Assembly (NCBI GenBank): GCA_002862745.1
Contig: PKDX01000048.1
Location: 8,696 to 72,695 of the forward strand
Direction: 5' to 3'
Source of the DNA: Bacteroidota bacterium
GTDB lineage: Bacteria; Bacteroidota; Bacteroidia; Chitinophagales; UBA8649
Length of the DNA stretch: 64,000 nt
Part shown: in pieces, positions 9,004 to 18,509 of the stretch
How positions within the stretch are numbered: the stretch's first letter is position 1
Layout: the number at the start of each line of letters is the position of its first letter
The notes under the pieces: model-generated
Database searches by the model: none
Seen by the model: the letters and a program-made list of their open reading frames with translations, nothing else
Told to the model about the DNA's origin: nothing
Position numbers and translations under genes: made by a program

Positions 9004-10845
9004 CTACTCTACAGTAACGCTCTTTGCTAAGTTTCTCGGCTGATCTACATTGCATTCCCGCAAGACGGCAATATGGTAACTCAGCAGTTGAAGTGGAATG
9101 GTATTGAGCAGAGGACTCAAGCACTCCAACGTCTCGGGTACTCGAATGATGTGGTCAACGGATGCTTCAAGATGAGGATCATTATGACTCGCCAGAGCAA
9201 TGATTTTTCCTTTACGTGCCTTTACTTCTTGAACATTGCTCACTACCTTCTCATAGTTCGCTCCTTTTGTCGCGACAAAGACAACCGGCATTTCTTCATC
9301 AATAAGGGCAATAGGCCCGTGTTTCATTTCAGCCGCGGGATATCCTTCAGCATGTATATAACTAATCTCCTTGAGCTTTAAGGCGCCTTCAAGTGCCACA
9401 GGGAAGTTATATCCTCTTCCTAAGTAAAGGAAGTTTTTAGCATCGTGATATTCCTTGGCAATTTCTTGTATCTGTGCATCAAGCTCAAGACAATCCTCAA
9501 TTTTTGCGGGTATAGCTTCTAGAGCTGTTAAGACCTCGCGGACTTCATCCTGACTCATCTGATCCCTCAAGTTAGCAAGGGCGAGTGCCATGAGTGTAAG
9601 TACCGTGACTTGAGCGGTAAATGCTTTGGTAGAGGCTACTCCTATTTCAGGTCCTGCATGGGTATAAGCTCCAGCATGACTCATACGGGGGATACTACTA
9701 CCGACAACATTACAAATCCCAAATACGGTAGCTCCTTTGTTTTTGGCGAGTTCCATGGCAGCTAAGGTATCTGCGGTCTCGCCACTTTGGGAGATGGCCA
9801 ATACTAAATCGTCAGAATAAATTACAGGATTTCGATACCTAAATTCCGAGGCATATTCTACTTCTACAGGAATACGTGCCAGATCTTCAAAAAGGTATTC
9901 AGCCACTAGGCCTGCGTGCCAACTTGTTCCGCAACCTACGATAATAAGACGGTTAATACCTTCAAGTTTATCCTTGTATTCTTTGATGCTTCGCATCATA
10001 AACTCCCCGTTTTCTGCATCAAAACGTCCTCTAAATGAATCAAAAATCGACTTGGGTTGCTCGAAGATTTCCTTCAGCATAAAATGCTCAAATCCTCCTT
10101 TTTCGAGCTGTTCTAACTCCATTTTCAGTTCTTGGATATAGGGTGTTTGAACGACATTGTCTACAGTGGTAATTACAAGCTCTTCTCGATTAACCTCCGC
10201 AACTTCTCCATCATTTAAGTAGATTACCCGATTGGTATATTCAATGATAGGTGTAGCATCGGAGGCAAAGATGAATTCTCCGCGTTTTTTTCCAATGCCC
10301 ACAACTAAAGGAGATCCTTTTCTTGCTGCAACGATGGATTCTGGATGGTCCTTTGATATGACCACAATGGCATAGGCTCCAATAACTTCAGCCAGAGCAG
10401 CGCGCACGGCGTCGGCAAAATCTAGTTTGCCATGATCAGCGATATCTTCAATAAGCGTAACGAGGACTTCAGTATCCGTTTCGCTTTGAAATGAATAGCC
10501 TCTTTGGGATAGTCTATCGCGTAATGTGCTAAAATTTTCAATAATCCCATTGTGTACTAGGGTAAACTTGCCATTATGGGAGGTGTGTGGGTGGGCATTT
10601 ACTTGATTGGGTTCACCATGCGTTGCCCATCGCGTATGCCCAATGCCGAGGTGGCCTGATACATCAGTTTGGGCACAAAGCGCTTCAAGTTCTGCGACCT
10701 TTCCTTTCTCCTTAACGGTAACAATTTGGTCCTTGAAGATGGCTACTCCTGCACTATCATATCCCCGATATTCAAGACGTTTTAGTCCATTTATAACGAC
10801 GGGATAGGCTTGGTTCGGCCCGATGTATGCTACAATTCCACACAT
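9004..10845 (-). CDS. glmS: Glutamine--fructose-6-phosphate aminotransferase GlmS
   Basis: 613 aa. N-terminal MCGIVAYIG (Ntn Cys), two SIS domains (GCGTSWHAG) and the canonical C-terminus AKSVTVE. Confidence 0.95.
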   Translation of the reverse strand: MCGIVAYIGPNQAYPVVINGLKRLEYRGYDSAGVAIFKDQIVTVKEKGKVAELEALCAQTDVSGHLGIGHTRWATHGEPNQVNAHPHTSHNGKFTLVHNGIIENFSTLRDRLSQRGYSFQSETDTEVLVTLIEDIADHGKLDFADAVRAALAEVIGAYAIVVISKDHPESIVAARKGSPLVVGIGKKRGEFIFASDATPIIEYTNRVIYLNDGEVAEVNREELVITTVDNVVQTPYIQELKMELEQLEKGGFEHFMLKEIFEQPKSIFDSFRGRFDAENGEFMMRSIKEYKDKLEGINRLIIVGCGTSWHAGLVAEYLFEDLARIPVEVEYASEFRYRNPVIYSDDLVLAISQSGETADTLAAMELAKNKGATVFGICNVVGSSIPRMSHAGAYTHAGPEIGVASTKAFTAQVTVLTLMALALANLRDQMSQDEVREVLTALEAIPAKIEDCLELDAQIQEIAKEYHDAKNFLYLGRGYNFPVALEGALKLKEISYIHAEGYPAAEMKHGPIALIDEEMPVVFVATKGANYEKVVSNVQEVKARKGKIIALASHNDPHLEASVDHIIRVPETLECLSPLLNTIPLQLLSYHIAVLRECNVDQPRNLAKSVTVE

Positions 10846-10846
10846 A

Positions 10847-12181
10847 CTATTCAGTTTCGGTATAAATTACACGAATTTTTATTGGCTTGGAAACATTGTT
10901 TCCCCCGCCGAGAGCGATTTGTCCTGGAAGGTGATTGCTCAATGTGGTAAGTACTAATCCAACACTGTATGTAGAGTCTTCAATTTGGTTCCGTAAGTAA
11001 TTGGTAATATTGAATGTGTACCGATTAAAGGTTACACCATTTTCAGATACTTCAGTTTTTCTTCCTCCAAAAGATGTGCTATTCGTAGACGAGTAGTCGG
11101 GAAGAAAAAATAGATCACTTGAGTCTTTGGTAAAGTACAGAAACAAGTTTTCTGGAGCTCCGTAATCCAAGGCATCCGGAGCATCCTGGTCAAATTGATT
11201 GAATTCGATTTCCGCTTTATTAATGATTCGATCTGCAAGTGTATCAAGCCCCTGAATACTTATGATACTTCGGGCAGTTGAAAAAGGCGCTAGGTATAAG
11301 ACGCTGTCAGGACTATTGTTATCGTTTAAAGCCATCTCAACATCACTTCCGCTAGCTACGTTTATATAGCGATTTACACGAGTATTTAACCCTCCACCAT
11401 CAAATAAAAATTCAAGGGACAAGCCGGTTGTATCGTCGTTACTGTAGTACAATGTCATTTGACTTTCTGAGTTCAATAAATCGACTATAGCAAGACCATC
11501 TCCATAGGGCGCTGTGGAATCCGTAAGGATATGTATTCCTTTAAAAAAGCTCCAAAAGTTTGAAGTCCCTGAAAAGGCATCTGTTCCCATATTGGCTACA
11601 AGATTATCAGCAAAGCCTGCATTTAATTCAATACGTAAAAATCCTTGCTTGTATGTGTCATCAATTAAGAAACTATCGGTTAAGCTAGGGGCATATTGTA
11701 GGGCTTGTCCAATCGGAGACGGGTTAGTGGTCAATGAAGAGGATGTCGAATAAGATTCCGTGGATAGGATTTCTTGAGAAATTTCATAGACGTAAAAGTC
11801 CTGGGGAGCCGTCCAGGGTCCATAAAGTTCACTGAGTTTGATAAACAAAATGCAGGAGTCAGCAAAGGCGTTTGTGCCTGGTTCAACATTGTACGTTTCG
11901 GGTAGAAGTTGACTGTAAATGCTATTGCGCTGCCCTCCGAAACGTTGGTCATAGAACGAACCGATCGATGAGACACCTATATTTTTTCCATTAAAGGCAG
12001 AATCGGGAGTTGTGTTGACGGACTCAATGACTACTTGGCCTTCTTCAGAAACAAGGGTCAGGGTATTATCGGGATATAGGGGACTGTCGGGCCCAAGGAT
12101 AATATCTTTTTCACACCCTGTAAAGAGTAGCAGGGTTAAAAGAAGACCAAAGGAAAAGAAGCATCTAGATGGTTTAGACAT
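10847..12181 (-). CDS. Lipoprotein of unknown function (DUF4270-like by position and composition)
   Basis: Start moved to ATG 12181 (MSKPSRCFFSFGLLLTLLLFTGCEKD, lipobox FTGC). The track start 12244 would add a Lys-rich leader overlapping the upstream gene by 71 nt. It sits between glmS and the short glycogen-synthase-like gene, as I recall for Flavobacteriia. Confidence 0.55.
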   Translation of the reverse strand: MSKPSRCFFSFGLLLTLLLFTGCEKDIILGPDSPLYPDNTLTLVSEEGQVVIESVNTTPDSAFNGKNIGVSSIGSFYDQRFGGQRNSIYSQLLPETYNVEPGTNAFADSCILFIKLSELYGPWTAPQDFYVYEISQEILSTESYSTSSSLTTNPSPIGQALQYAPSLTDSFLIDDTYKQGFLRIELNAGFADNLVANMGTDAFSGTSNFWSFFKGIHILTDSTAPYGDGLAIVDLLNSESQMTLYYSNDDTTGLSLEFLFDGGGLNTRVNRYINVASGSDVEMALNDNNSPDSVLYLAPFSTARSIISIQGLDTLADRIINKAEIEFNQFDQDAPDALDYGAPENLFLYFTKDSSDLFFLPDYSSTNSTSFGGRKTEVSENGVTFNRYTFNITNYLRNQIEDSTYSVGLVLTTLSNHLPGQIALGGGNNVSKPIKIRVIYTETE

Positions 12182-12989
12182 TTTCTTCTTCTCGAGAAAC
12201 ATAAAATTGGGCAAAAACTTCTTCTGCTTCTTCTGCTTGTTCAATCTCTACCAAGGTTTTTTTAGAATCCTTAGAAGCTTTTACAACGGATTCATCAACT
12301 CCTTTGGTTAGCGCGATATGGTCAGCATAAAAAATCGCTCCCTTGTGTAAATCTTCCTCTGAACCTGTGCCATAAGGGGCTAGGTCTTCTTCAGTGAGGG
12401 CAGTATCTTCTAAAAACTGATCGGCAAAGTCTTCGGCAATGGATCCCGCCATTTCATTAGGATATGCAGTGTACATTAACTGAGCATCAGCAAAGACAGG
12501 GTTGTCAGCATGTTGGGTCTTAAGCAGGGCAGGAATAACACTTGTCATCCAGCCATGACACTGAATATACTTTGGTGGCCATCCAAATTTGATAACGGTT
12601 TCTAAAGCGCCTTGACAGAAGAAAACCATACGGTTGAGGTTCTCATCATGGAAGTCCCCGTCCTCGTCACAGTAAATGTTTCTGTCCCAAAACAAATCCT
12701 CATTATCTAGGAAATAGACTTGAAGACGAGCTCCTGGGAGTGCGGCGACCTTGATGATTAATGGATAATCTTCGCCATCTACTTCAATATTGATACCTGA
12801 TAAACGTACTACTTCATGTAGACGATGTCTGCGTTCGTTAATCGTTGAAAAGCGGGGCATTAACACACGAATTTCCAATTCTTCATCATGAAGTCGAAGA
12901 GGAATCTTAGATACCGTATTAGCAATCTCAGTTATCGCGACGTATGGGTCGAGTTCGTGGGTTATGATTAAAAGCCTAGACTTTTCCAT
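12174..12989 (-). CDS. Short glycogen/starch-synthase-like protein (N-terminal GT5 domain only)
   Basis: 271 aa beginning MEKSRLLIITHELDPYV, resembling the N-terminal Rossmann half of GlgA. No C-terminal GT-B half and no KTGGL motif. Confidence 0.6.
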   Translation of the reverse strand: MEKSRLLIITHELDPYVAITEIANTVSKIPLRLHDEELEIRVLMPRFSTINERRHRLHEVVRLSGINIEVDGEDYPLIIKVAALPGARLQVYFLDNEDLFWDRNIYCDEDGDFHDENLNRMVFFCQGALETVIKFGWPPKYIQCHGWMTSVIPALLKTQHADNPVFADAQLMYTAYPNEMAGSIAEDFADQFLEDTALTEEDLAPYGTGSEEDLHKGAIFYADHIALTKGVDESVVKASKDSKKTLVEIEQAEEAEEVFAQFYVSREEENV

Positions 12990-13039
12990 GTATTACGTAC
13001 ATTGAATTTGAAAAATGAACCTGAAGGTACGATTTTTAT

Positions 13040-13894
13040 ATGGTAAAGTCAATAAATTCAAGGGATTATAATAAATGGAGGTCTCAATTTCCCCAGGAAA
13101 ATTCTTCCATAGGATTTGTTCCTACCATGGGTGCTTTGCATCAAGGTCATTTATATCTAGTACAACAAGCTAAGCGACAATGCAGTCAAGTGGTCATAAG
13201 CATTTTTGTCAATCCAAGACAGTTCAATGACAAAAATGACCTTGAAAATTATCCAGTTCAACTTGAAGAAGATTTTGCCTTGTTGTCCAAAGAAGGCGTC
13301 GATATCGTTCTTGTACCTTCAATACAGGAGATTTATCCTCCAAATGATACCACTTCTATCGACATGACTTCTTATGCTCATCTTGCACAGGGCCTCGAAG
13401 GAGATCATAGACCAGGACATTTTCAAGGAGTAGTGGATGTGGTAAGCCGCTTACTTACTATTGTAAAACCTCAAAAACTATACTTAGGGAAAAAGGACTA
13501 CCAGCAGTTAAACGTTTTAAAAGCTATGGTGAAAAAGGAGAAGTTTGCCCTAGATGTTATCGGGGTGCCGACACAGCGAGCCTCTTCAGGACTAGCATTG
13601 AGTTCTCGAAATGCTTTACTCAGTGAGGAAGGAAGAGTTAGAGCCTCCAATATTTATGAAGCTCTGCAATGCGCCAAGGCTAGTGCATTACATGGTGAGG
13701 GTCTTGACATGGCTTGCGCTAAAGGCAAGGCTGTTTTACAAGCTGCTGAGGGGGTGACAGAGGAATACTTCCTTATCGCTAACCGACACACAATGAGTAT
13801 TAACGAAGTTGGTAATCCTGAAGAATGGGTTGTCTTTTGTGCAGCGCATGTTGAAGGAGTGCGCTTAATTGACAATGTAGAGGTATTTGACTAA
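13040..13894 (+). CDS. panC: Pantoate--beta-alanine ligase PanC
   Basis: 284 aa with [11 protein letters not shown] (HIGH-type motif) and overall PanC layout. Confidence 0.9.
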   Translation: MVKSINSRDYNKWRSQFPQENSSIGFVPTMGALHQGHLYLVQQAKRQCSQVVISIFVNPRQFNDKNDLENYPVQLEEDFALLSKEGVDIVLVPSIQEIYPPNDTTSIDMTSYAHLAQGLEGDHRPGHFQGVVDVVSRLLTIVKPQKLYLGKKDYQQLNVLKAMVKKEKFALDVIGVPTQRASSGLALSSRNALLSEEGRVRASNIYEALQCAKASALHGEGLDMACAKGKAVLQAAEGVTEEYFLIANRHTMSINEVGNPEEWVVFCAAHVEGVRLIDNVEVFD

Positions 13895-13917
13895 GCGTTT
13901 TCTACCTTTGTACCATC

Positions 13918-14268
13918 ATGATGTTACAGGTTTTTAAATCAAAGATTCACAGAGCTACTGTTACTCAAGCTGAATTGCACTATGAGGGAAGCATAACCAT
14001 TGATAAAGCCCTTATTAAAGCGGCGAATATGGTCGTGGGTGAGCGCGTACAAATTGTCAATGTAAATAATGGTGAACGCTTAGAGACTTACATCATTGAA
14101 GGGGAGGAAAATTCTGGTGTGATTTGTTTAAATGGACCAGCAGCTCGCCGAGTTTCTGTGGGCGATACAATTATAATTATCTCCTATGCTTGGATTAGCC
14201 AAGAGGATGTAGCGACATGGGAGACGACAACTGTCCATCCTAAAGCCCCATCAAATTCCTTGGTTTGA
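13918..14268 (+). CDS. panD: Aspartate 1-decarboxylase PanD
   Basis: 116 aa, [23 protein letters not shown], with the Gly-Ser self-processing site. Confidence 0.9.
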   Translation: MMLQVFKSKIHRATVTQAELHYEGSITIDKALIKAANMVVGERVQIVNVNNGERLETYIIEGEENSGVICLNGPAARRVSVGDTIIIISYAWISQEDVATWETTTVHPKAPSNSLV

Positions 14269-15263
14269 GTAAGCTAAAGAAGGCATTACAGATTTTGGCC
14301 TCCTTGGCCTTGGGAATCGGTATTCTCTATTGGCTGTTTACCAAAGAAAATCTTGATTGGGCGAGCTTCAGGACGGAGATGATTACAATCAATTGGTTCT
14401 GGATTATTCTTGGTATCCTTAATCTTCAGTTGAGTTGGCTGTATCGCGCTATTCGTTGGCAAATGCAAATCGAAGCCATTGATAGGCGCTATGCTCTTCG
14501 TGATTTATGGGCTGCCTCGATTGCAGGGGTTGCTATTAACTACCTTATTCCTCGTTCCGGTGAATTGTTGAAATGCGCTTGGGTCGGTAAAAAGACAGGC
14601 AGTTCTACACCTCGATTAATAGGTACAGTGGTTACCGAGAGAGCCATTGATGTACTCTGCCTCTTACTAATCGTTTGCATCGGATTTTTTTTAGAGTACG
14701 ATGTTTTGATTTCCTTTTTGCTCGAAGAAGCTAAGGTCCCCTATTGGTTATTGTATTTAGGGTTATTTGGTGGCCTTCTTGGTCTTGCTTCTTTGTTTGT
14801 GATCAAAAATCTTGCAAGGAGTCAGGGGGGTGTTTTCGCTAAGGCATGGGGTCTTGTAATGGCTCTTTGGGAGGGCATTCTGTCCGTAAAAAATCTTAAA
14901 AGACCTTTTCTGTTTATTGCGTTGACGCTATTGATTTGGTCCTCCTATGTTCTGATGCAGTATTTGGTGTTTTTTGCCTACCCACCTGCATCAAACTTCG
15001 GATTTGAAGTGGCACTTATTGTCTTCATCTTTAGCTCCTTTGGTATTGTAGTTCCAACTCCAGGCGGCATTGGTTCATTTCAATTTTTTGCGCAAACAGC
15101 CTTAGTTATCTATGGGATGGCGAGTGCCTCTGCCCTGTTTTTTGCCAATATTATGTTCTGGCCATTTGTGATTTCTAATATCGTATTTGGTACTATTGGT
15201 TTTTTAATCCTTTCGAATACACCAGACCAATCAAACGCTAGTAAACCGATCGAAGTGCAATGA
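14265..15263 (+). CDS. Integral membrane protein, UPF0104 / lysyl-PG-synthase transmembrane-region (flippase-like) family
   Basis: 332 aa with about 8 predicted TM helices. TTG start overlaps the panD stop. No ATG is available before residue 38. Family call is from memory of conserved synteny after panD. Confidence 0.55.
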   Translation: MSKLKKALQILASLALGIGILYWLFTKENLDWASFRTEMITINWFWIILGILNLQLSWLYRAIRWQMQIEAIDRRYALRDLWAASIAGVAINYLIPRSGELLKCAWVGKKTGSSTPRLIGTVVTERAIDVLCLLLIVCIGFFLEYDVLISFLLEEAKVPYWLLYLGLFGGLLGLASLFVIKNLARSQGGVFAKAWGLVMALWEGILSVKNLKRPFLFIALTLLIWSSYVLMQYLVFFAYPPASNFGFEVALIVFIFSSFGIVVPTPGGIGSFQFFAQTALVIYGMASASALFFANIMFWPFVISNIVFGTIGFLILSNTPDQSNASKPIEVQ

Positions 15264-15754
15264 GCCAATTTATTACACTACAGGACCGAGCTTCCGAGCA
15301 AGTCAACTTATGGAAGGCTGAAGGGGCAAAGATTGTATTCACCAATGGGTGTTTTGATATTTTACATCCAGGTCATATTCATTGCTTGCAATGTGCTAAA
15401 GCCATGGGGGATTACTTGGTTGTTGGATTAAACAGTGATGACTCTGTGCGTCGCTTAAAAGGAGAGGCAAGGCCTTATCATGTCCAAGATCAGCGTGCTA
15501 TGCAACTCATGGCGCTATCATGTGTAGATGTCGTTGTATTGTTTTCTGAGGATACACCCAAAGAGTTAATCTATAGCCTTAAACCTGACCTTTTAGTCAA
15601 AGGAGGAGACTACAAAGAAGAAGAAATTGTAGGCGGAGACTTTGTTCGCTCGCTTGGAGGAAGGGTAGAAATTATCGATTTATTACAAGGGCATTCTACA
15701 ACTAAGATTCTGAACTTTGTACATTCACAAAAAAAGGGTAAACATGACATTTAA
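15260..15754 (+). CDS. Cytidylyltransferase-fold nucleotidyltransferase (RfaE domain-II-like, heptose-1-phosphate adenylyltransferase annotation class)
   Basis: 164 aa with FTNGCFDILHPGH (HxGH nucleotidyltransferase motif). ATGA start/stop overlap with the upstream membrane protein. Confidence 0.7.
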   Translation: MSQFITLQDRASEQVNLWKAEGAKIVFTNGCFDILHPGHIHCLQCAKAMGDYLVVGLNSDDSVRRLKGEARPYHVQDQRAMQLMALSCVDVVVLFSEDTPKELIYSLKPDLLVKGGDYKEEEIVGGDFVRSLGGRVEIIDLLQGHSTTKILNFVHSQKKGKHDI

Positions 15755-16883
15755 GCTCACCGAAGAACACTTAATGATTCAAAAGGCAGCAAGGGATTTT
15801 GCTGATAATCGATGTAAGGAAGGCGTTATTGAACGCGATCGTGACATGATTCATCCCACCGAATTGATTAAAGAGCTTGGAGAGTTAGGCTTTATGGGAA
15901 TGATGGTCGATCCAAAATATGGGGGAAGTGGATTGGATACCCTCTCCTATGTTTTAGGGATGGAGCAAATTTCTCGAGTCGACAACTCGGTTTCTGTAGC
16001 TATGTCGGTCAATAATTCTTTGGTTTGCTGGGGTATTGAAACCTTCGGATCAGAAGAGCAAAAACAAAAATATCTGCCCGACCTAGCCCAGGGAAAGAAG
16101 ATTGGTGCTTTTTGTTTGTCGGAGCCTGAGGCAGGATCTGATGCAACGAGTCAGCGAACTACTGCTATCGATCAAGGAGATCATTACTTGCTCAACGGCA
16201 CGAAGAATTGGATTACTAATGGAGGATCTGCTAGTGTCTTTTTAGTTATCGCACAGACTGATGCTGAGAAAGGCCATCGTGGGATTAACTGCCTGATAGT
16301 AGAAAAGGGCATGGAGGGCTTTGTGGTAGGTGCGAAAGAAGATAAGTTAGGAATTCGCTCATCCGATACACATACTTTATTGTTTAATGATGTCAAGGTC
16401 CCTAAAGCCAATCGGGTAGGGGAAGATGGTTTTGGATTTAAGTTTGCTATGAAAACCCTCTCAGGAGGACGAATTGGTATAGCCGCTCAAGCTCTTGGTA
16501 TTGCTCAGGGAGCCTATGAGTTAGCTCTGGCATACAGCAAAGAGCGCAAAGCCTTTGGGAAGGAAATTCACAAGCATCAAGCCATTGGATTTAAGTTGGC
16601 GGAAATGGCCATGGAAATAGAAGCTGCCCGCCTTTTAGTCTACAAAAGTGCTTGGCTCAAAGACCAGGGTGAAAACTACGACTTGGCGAGTAGCATGGCC
16701 AAGCTCTATGCTTCAGAAGTCGCTATGAAACAAACCGTGGAAGCTGTTCAAATCCATGGAGGTTATGGCTACGTCAAAGAATATCATGTGGAGCGACTAA
16801 TGCGTGATGCAAAAATCACGCAGATTTATGAAGGAACCTCAGAAATCCAGCGTCTTGTAATTTCCCGTTCTATTACGAAGTAG
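15744..16883 (+). CDS. Acyl-CoA dehydrogenase (short/medium-chain type)
   Basis: About 380 aa with GAFCLSEPEAGSD, GGRIGIAAQALG and the C-terminal YEGTSEIQRLVISR. ATG 15744 (MTFKLTEEH) chosen over track start 15717. Confidence 0.85.
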   Translation: MTFKLTEEHLMIQKAARDFADNRCKEGVIERDRDMIHPTELIKELGELGFMGMMVDPKYGGSGLDTLSYVLGMEQISRVDNSVSVAMSVNNSLVCWGIETFGSEEQKQKYLPDLAQGKKIGAFCLSEPEAGSDATSQRTTAIDQGDHYLLNGTKNWITNGGSASVFLVIAQTDAEKGHRGINCLIVEKGMEGFVVGAKEDKLGIRSSDTHTLLFNDVKVPKANRVGEDGFGFKFAMKTLSGGRIGIAAQALGIAQGAYELALAYSKERKAFGKEIHKHQAIGFKLAEMAMEIEAARLLVYKSAWLKDQGENYDLASSMAKLYASEVAMKQTVEAVQIHGGYGYVKEYHVERLMRDAKITQIYEGTSEIQRLVISRSITK

Positions 16884-16885
16884 AA

Positions 16886-17824
16886 TTAGTGAATTGCTTC
16901 CTCTAAATCATCGATCGTCATCTCAAAATCAAAGGCATCATAGACTTTGTAGTAATTGTCTGGGTCTGCGCATTCTCGGTAGGCATAGATGGCAAAGTCT
17001 AGACGGTCGCTCTCGAAATCAAAAGCCATCATAATTTGCTTGATTTGGTCTGTTGTTAAACAGTTTGAGCGAGAAACCTGTTTAGCAATGGCCATTTTTG
17101 AATCGGAGAAGGACTTGTCTGCAATTGATTCTAAGGCATCATTAAAATCACTACTTGCCATTGTGCAAGGCGGCGCTGCGGGAGTTGGCGCCGGTATGTA
17201 TTGGGTTTGAGGGCTCGTCGTTGTTGTTGTCGTTGTGGTGGTTGTCGTCGTCGTGGAATTACTAGAATTTTCTGAGGTCGTAGCAGGCATACCATCATTG
17301 ATGGTTACATCCATATCGAATCCTACACCTCCAATATTCATATCAATCGATACATTTTCCTGATAGACATCATCACTTGACGATTGTTCAACGACTTGAA
17401 CAGTAGTCGTCGTTGTCTCTTGAGGAAGCGGGGTGCTATGGTATTCAATAACAGTAACCTCAGCGCTCTGAGGTGGAGCGGTTTCAATTGGAGTAGCACC
17501 AAAAGCTCGTAAGACAAACTCACCTTTTCGATTGGCTTTTACTCGATAACTTGTCGCACAATATGATGGACAATCAATGCCTTTAAGCATTAAGTTTCCT
17601 CGCGTAATTGCGGGATAAAGGCTATTAGCAAATTCAATTCGAACAGAAGCTAAGTCGAACATTAATCCATCAACTTGAACGTTGGTAGAGGCTGTACCGT
17701 TTTGACGTATCCCATTTACTTCAAGAAAAAAGGGCTCACCAACTTCGGAGAATACAGTCAGTTGGTGTTGGGCAAAACTTTGCATTATGCCCAGGCATAG
17801 GATTCCTAATAAAAGATTTTTCAT
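16886..17824 (-). CDS. Secreted protein with a C-terminal DUF4476-like domain and a poly-Thr linker
   Basis: Signal peptide MKNLLLGILCLGIMQSFAQ, a 13-residue Thr run, and a C-terminal FSDSKMAIAKQ...TTDQIKQIMMAFDFESDRLDFAIYAY segment that I recognise as DUF4476-like. Confidence 0.55.
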   Translation of the reverse strand: MKNLLLGILCLGIMQSFAQHQLTVFSEVGEPFFLEVNGIRQNGTASTNVQVDGLMFDLASVRIEFANSLYPAITRGNLMLKGIDCPSYCATSYRVKANRKGEFVLRAFGATPIETAPPQSAEVTVIEYHSTPLPQETTTTTVQVVEQSSSDDVYQENVSIDMNIGGVGFDMDVTINDGMPATTSENSSNSTTTTTTTTTTTTTSPQTQYIPAPTPAAPPCTMASSDFNDALESIADKSFSDSKMAIAKQVSRSNCLTTDQIKQIMMAFDFESDRLDFAIYAYRECADPDNYYKVYDAFDFEMTIDDLEEAIH

Positions 17825-17867
17825 AGTTGTTGGTTATTTAAAAAATGTAGCTTGATGTTGCCAGACC

Positions 17868-18461
17868 TTAGTCAAGACTTCTTCCTGAAACGGATCTTGT
17901 GTTTACACGGCTTCTTCTAAACTCACGCATTTTAACACTGATAGTACAGTTGTAGTCCCTCATATCGTTAGGAATCACTTTGGCATTGAATTCATCTCCG
18001 TGATAAATGACCTTGCCCGTGCCCTTGTTAAACGAATTGATAGCATGTAAATAGAACCTTCCTTGCATAGTATCTCGTGGATTGACTACGTTGGGCTTAC
18101 GTACAAAGGTGAGGTAATGGTTGTCATCTTTTTCAAAACTTACACGAAGTGTGTCGCCGTTCGAAGAATAACCTACCAAAAGTCCTTTGGTTTCTTTTGG
18201 AAAAATCACGCGCTCAGTAGCAGTGGCACTTTCTGCAGTAATTCTTCCCGTTTGCACTTGAGAGCCTTGTTCAGTCTCTTTTCGTTCAAGTTGAACTTCA
18301 TGGGATAAAAAGAAATAGATGTTCTCTAAGTCGACATAGCTCAGATTAGCGTTAGCTCGTAGATTTTTGTCATAGGGGACCTGGCGTGCACAGCTAGTGA
18401 CCATCAAACCAATAAGCAGTGATCCAAAAAAAGTGAATTTAAAATTCATAGAAATTTTCAT
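17868..18461 (-). CDS. Hypothetical lipoprotein
   Basis: ORF with MKISMNFKFTFFGSLLIGLMVTSCARQ (signal peptide plus lipobox Cys) when started at ATG 18461. ATG 18449 is also possible. No recognisable domain. Confidence 0.45.
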   Translation of the reverse strand: MKISMNFKFTFFGSLLIGLMVTSCARQVPYDKNLRANANLSYVDLENIYFFLSHEVQLERKETEQGSQVQTGRITAESATATERVIFPKETKGLLVGYSSNGDTLRVSFEKDDNHYLTFVRKPNVVNPRDTMQGRFYLHAINSFNKGTGKVIYHGDEFNAKVIPNDMRDYNCTISVKMREFRRSRVNTRSVSGRSLD

Positions 18462-18509
18462 AGCAAATAAGCGTGTTGATTTCAAATTATGTGCCAAAAA
18501 TACGCAGAT

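Noticed and set aside
10846-10900. Looked for a glmS ribozyme or leader upstream of glmS.
   Set aside because: The upstream ORF stop is 1 nt from the glmS start codon, so there is no room for a ribozyme. That element is also characteristic of Gram-positive bacteria.
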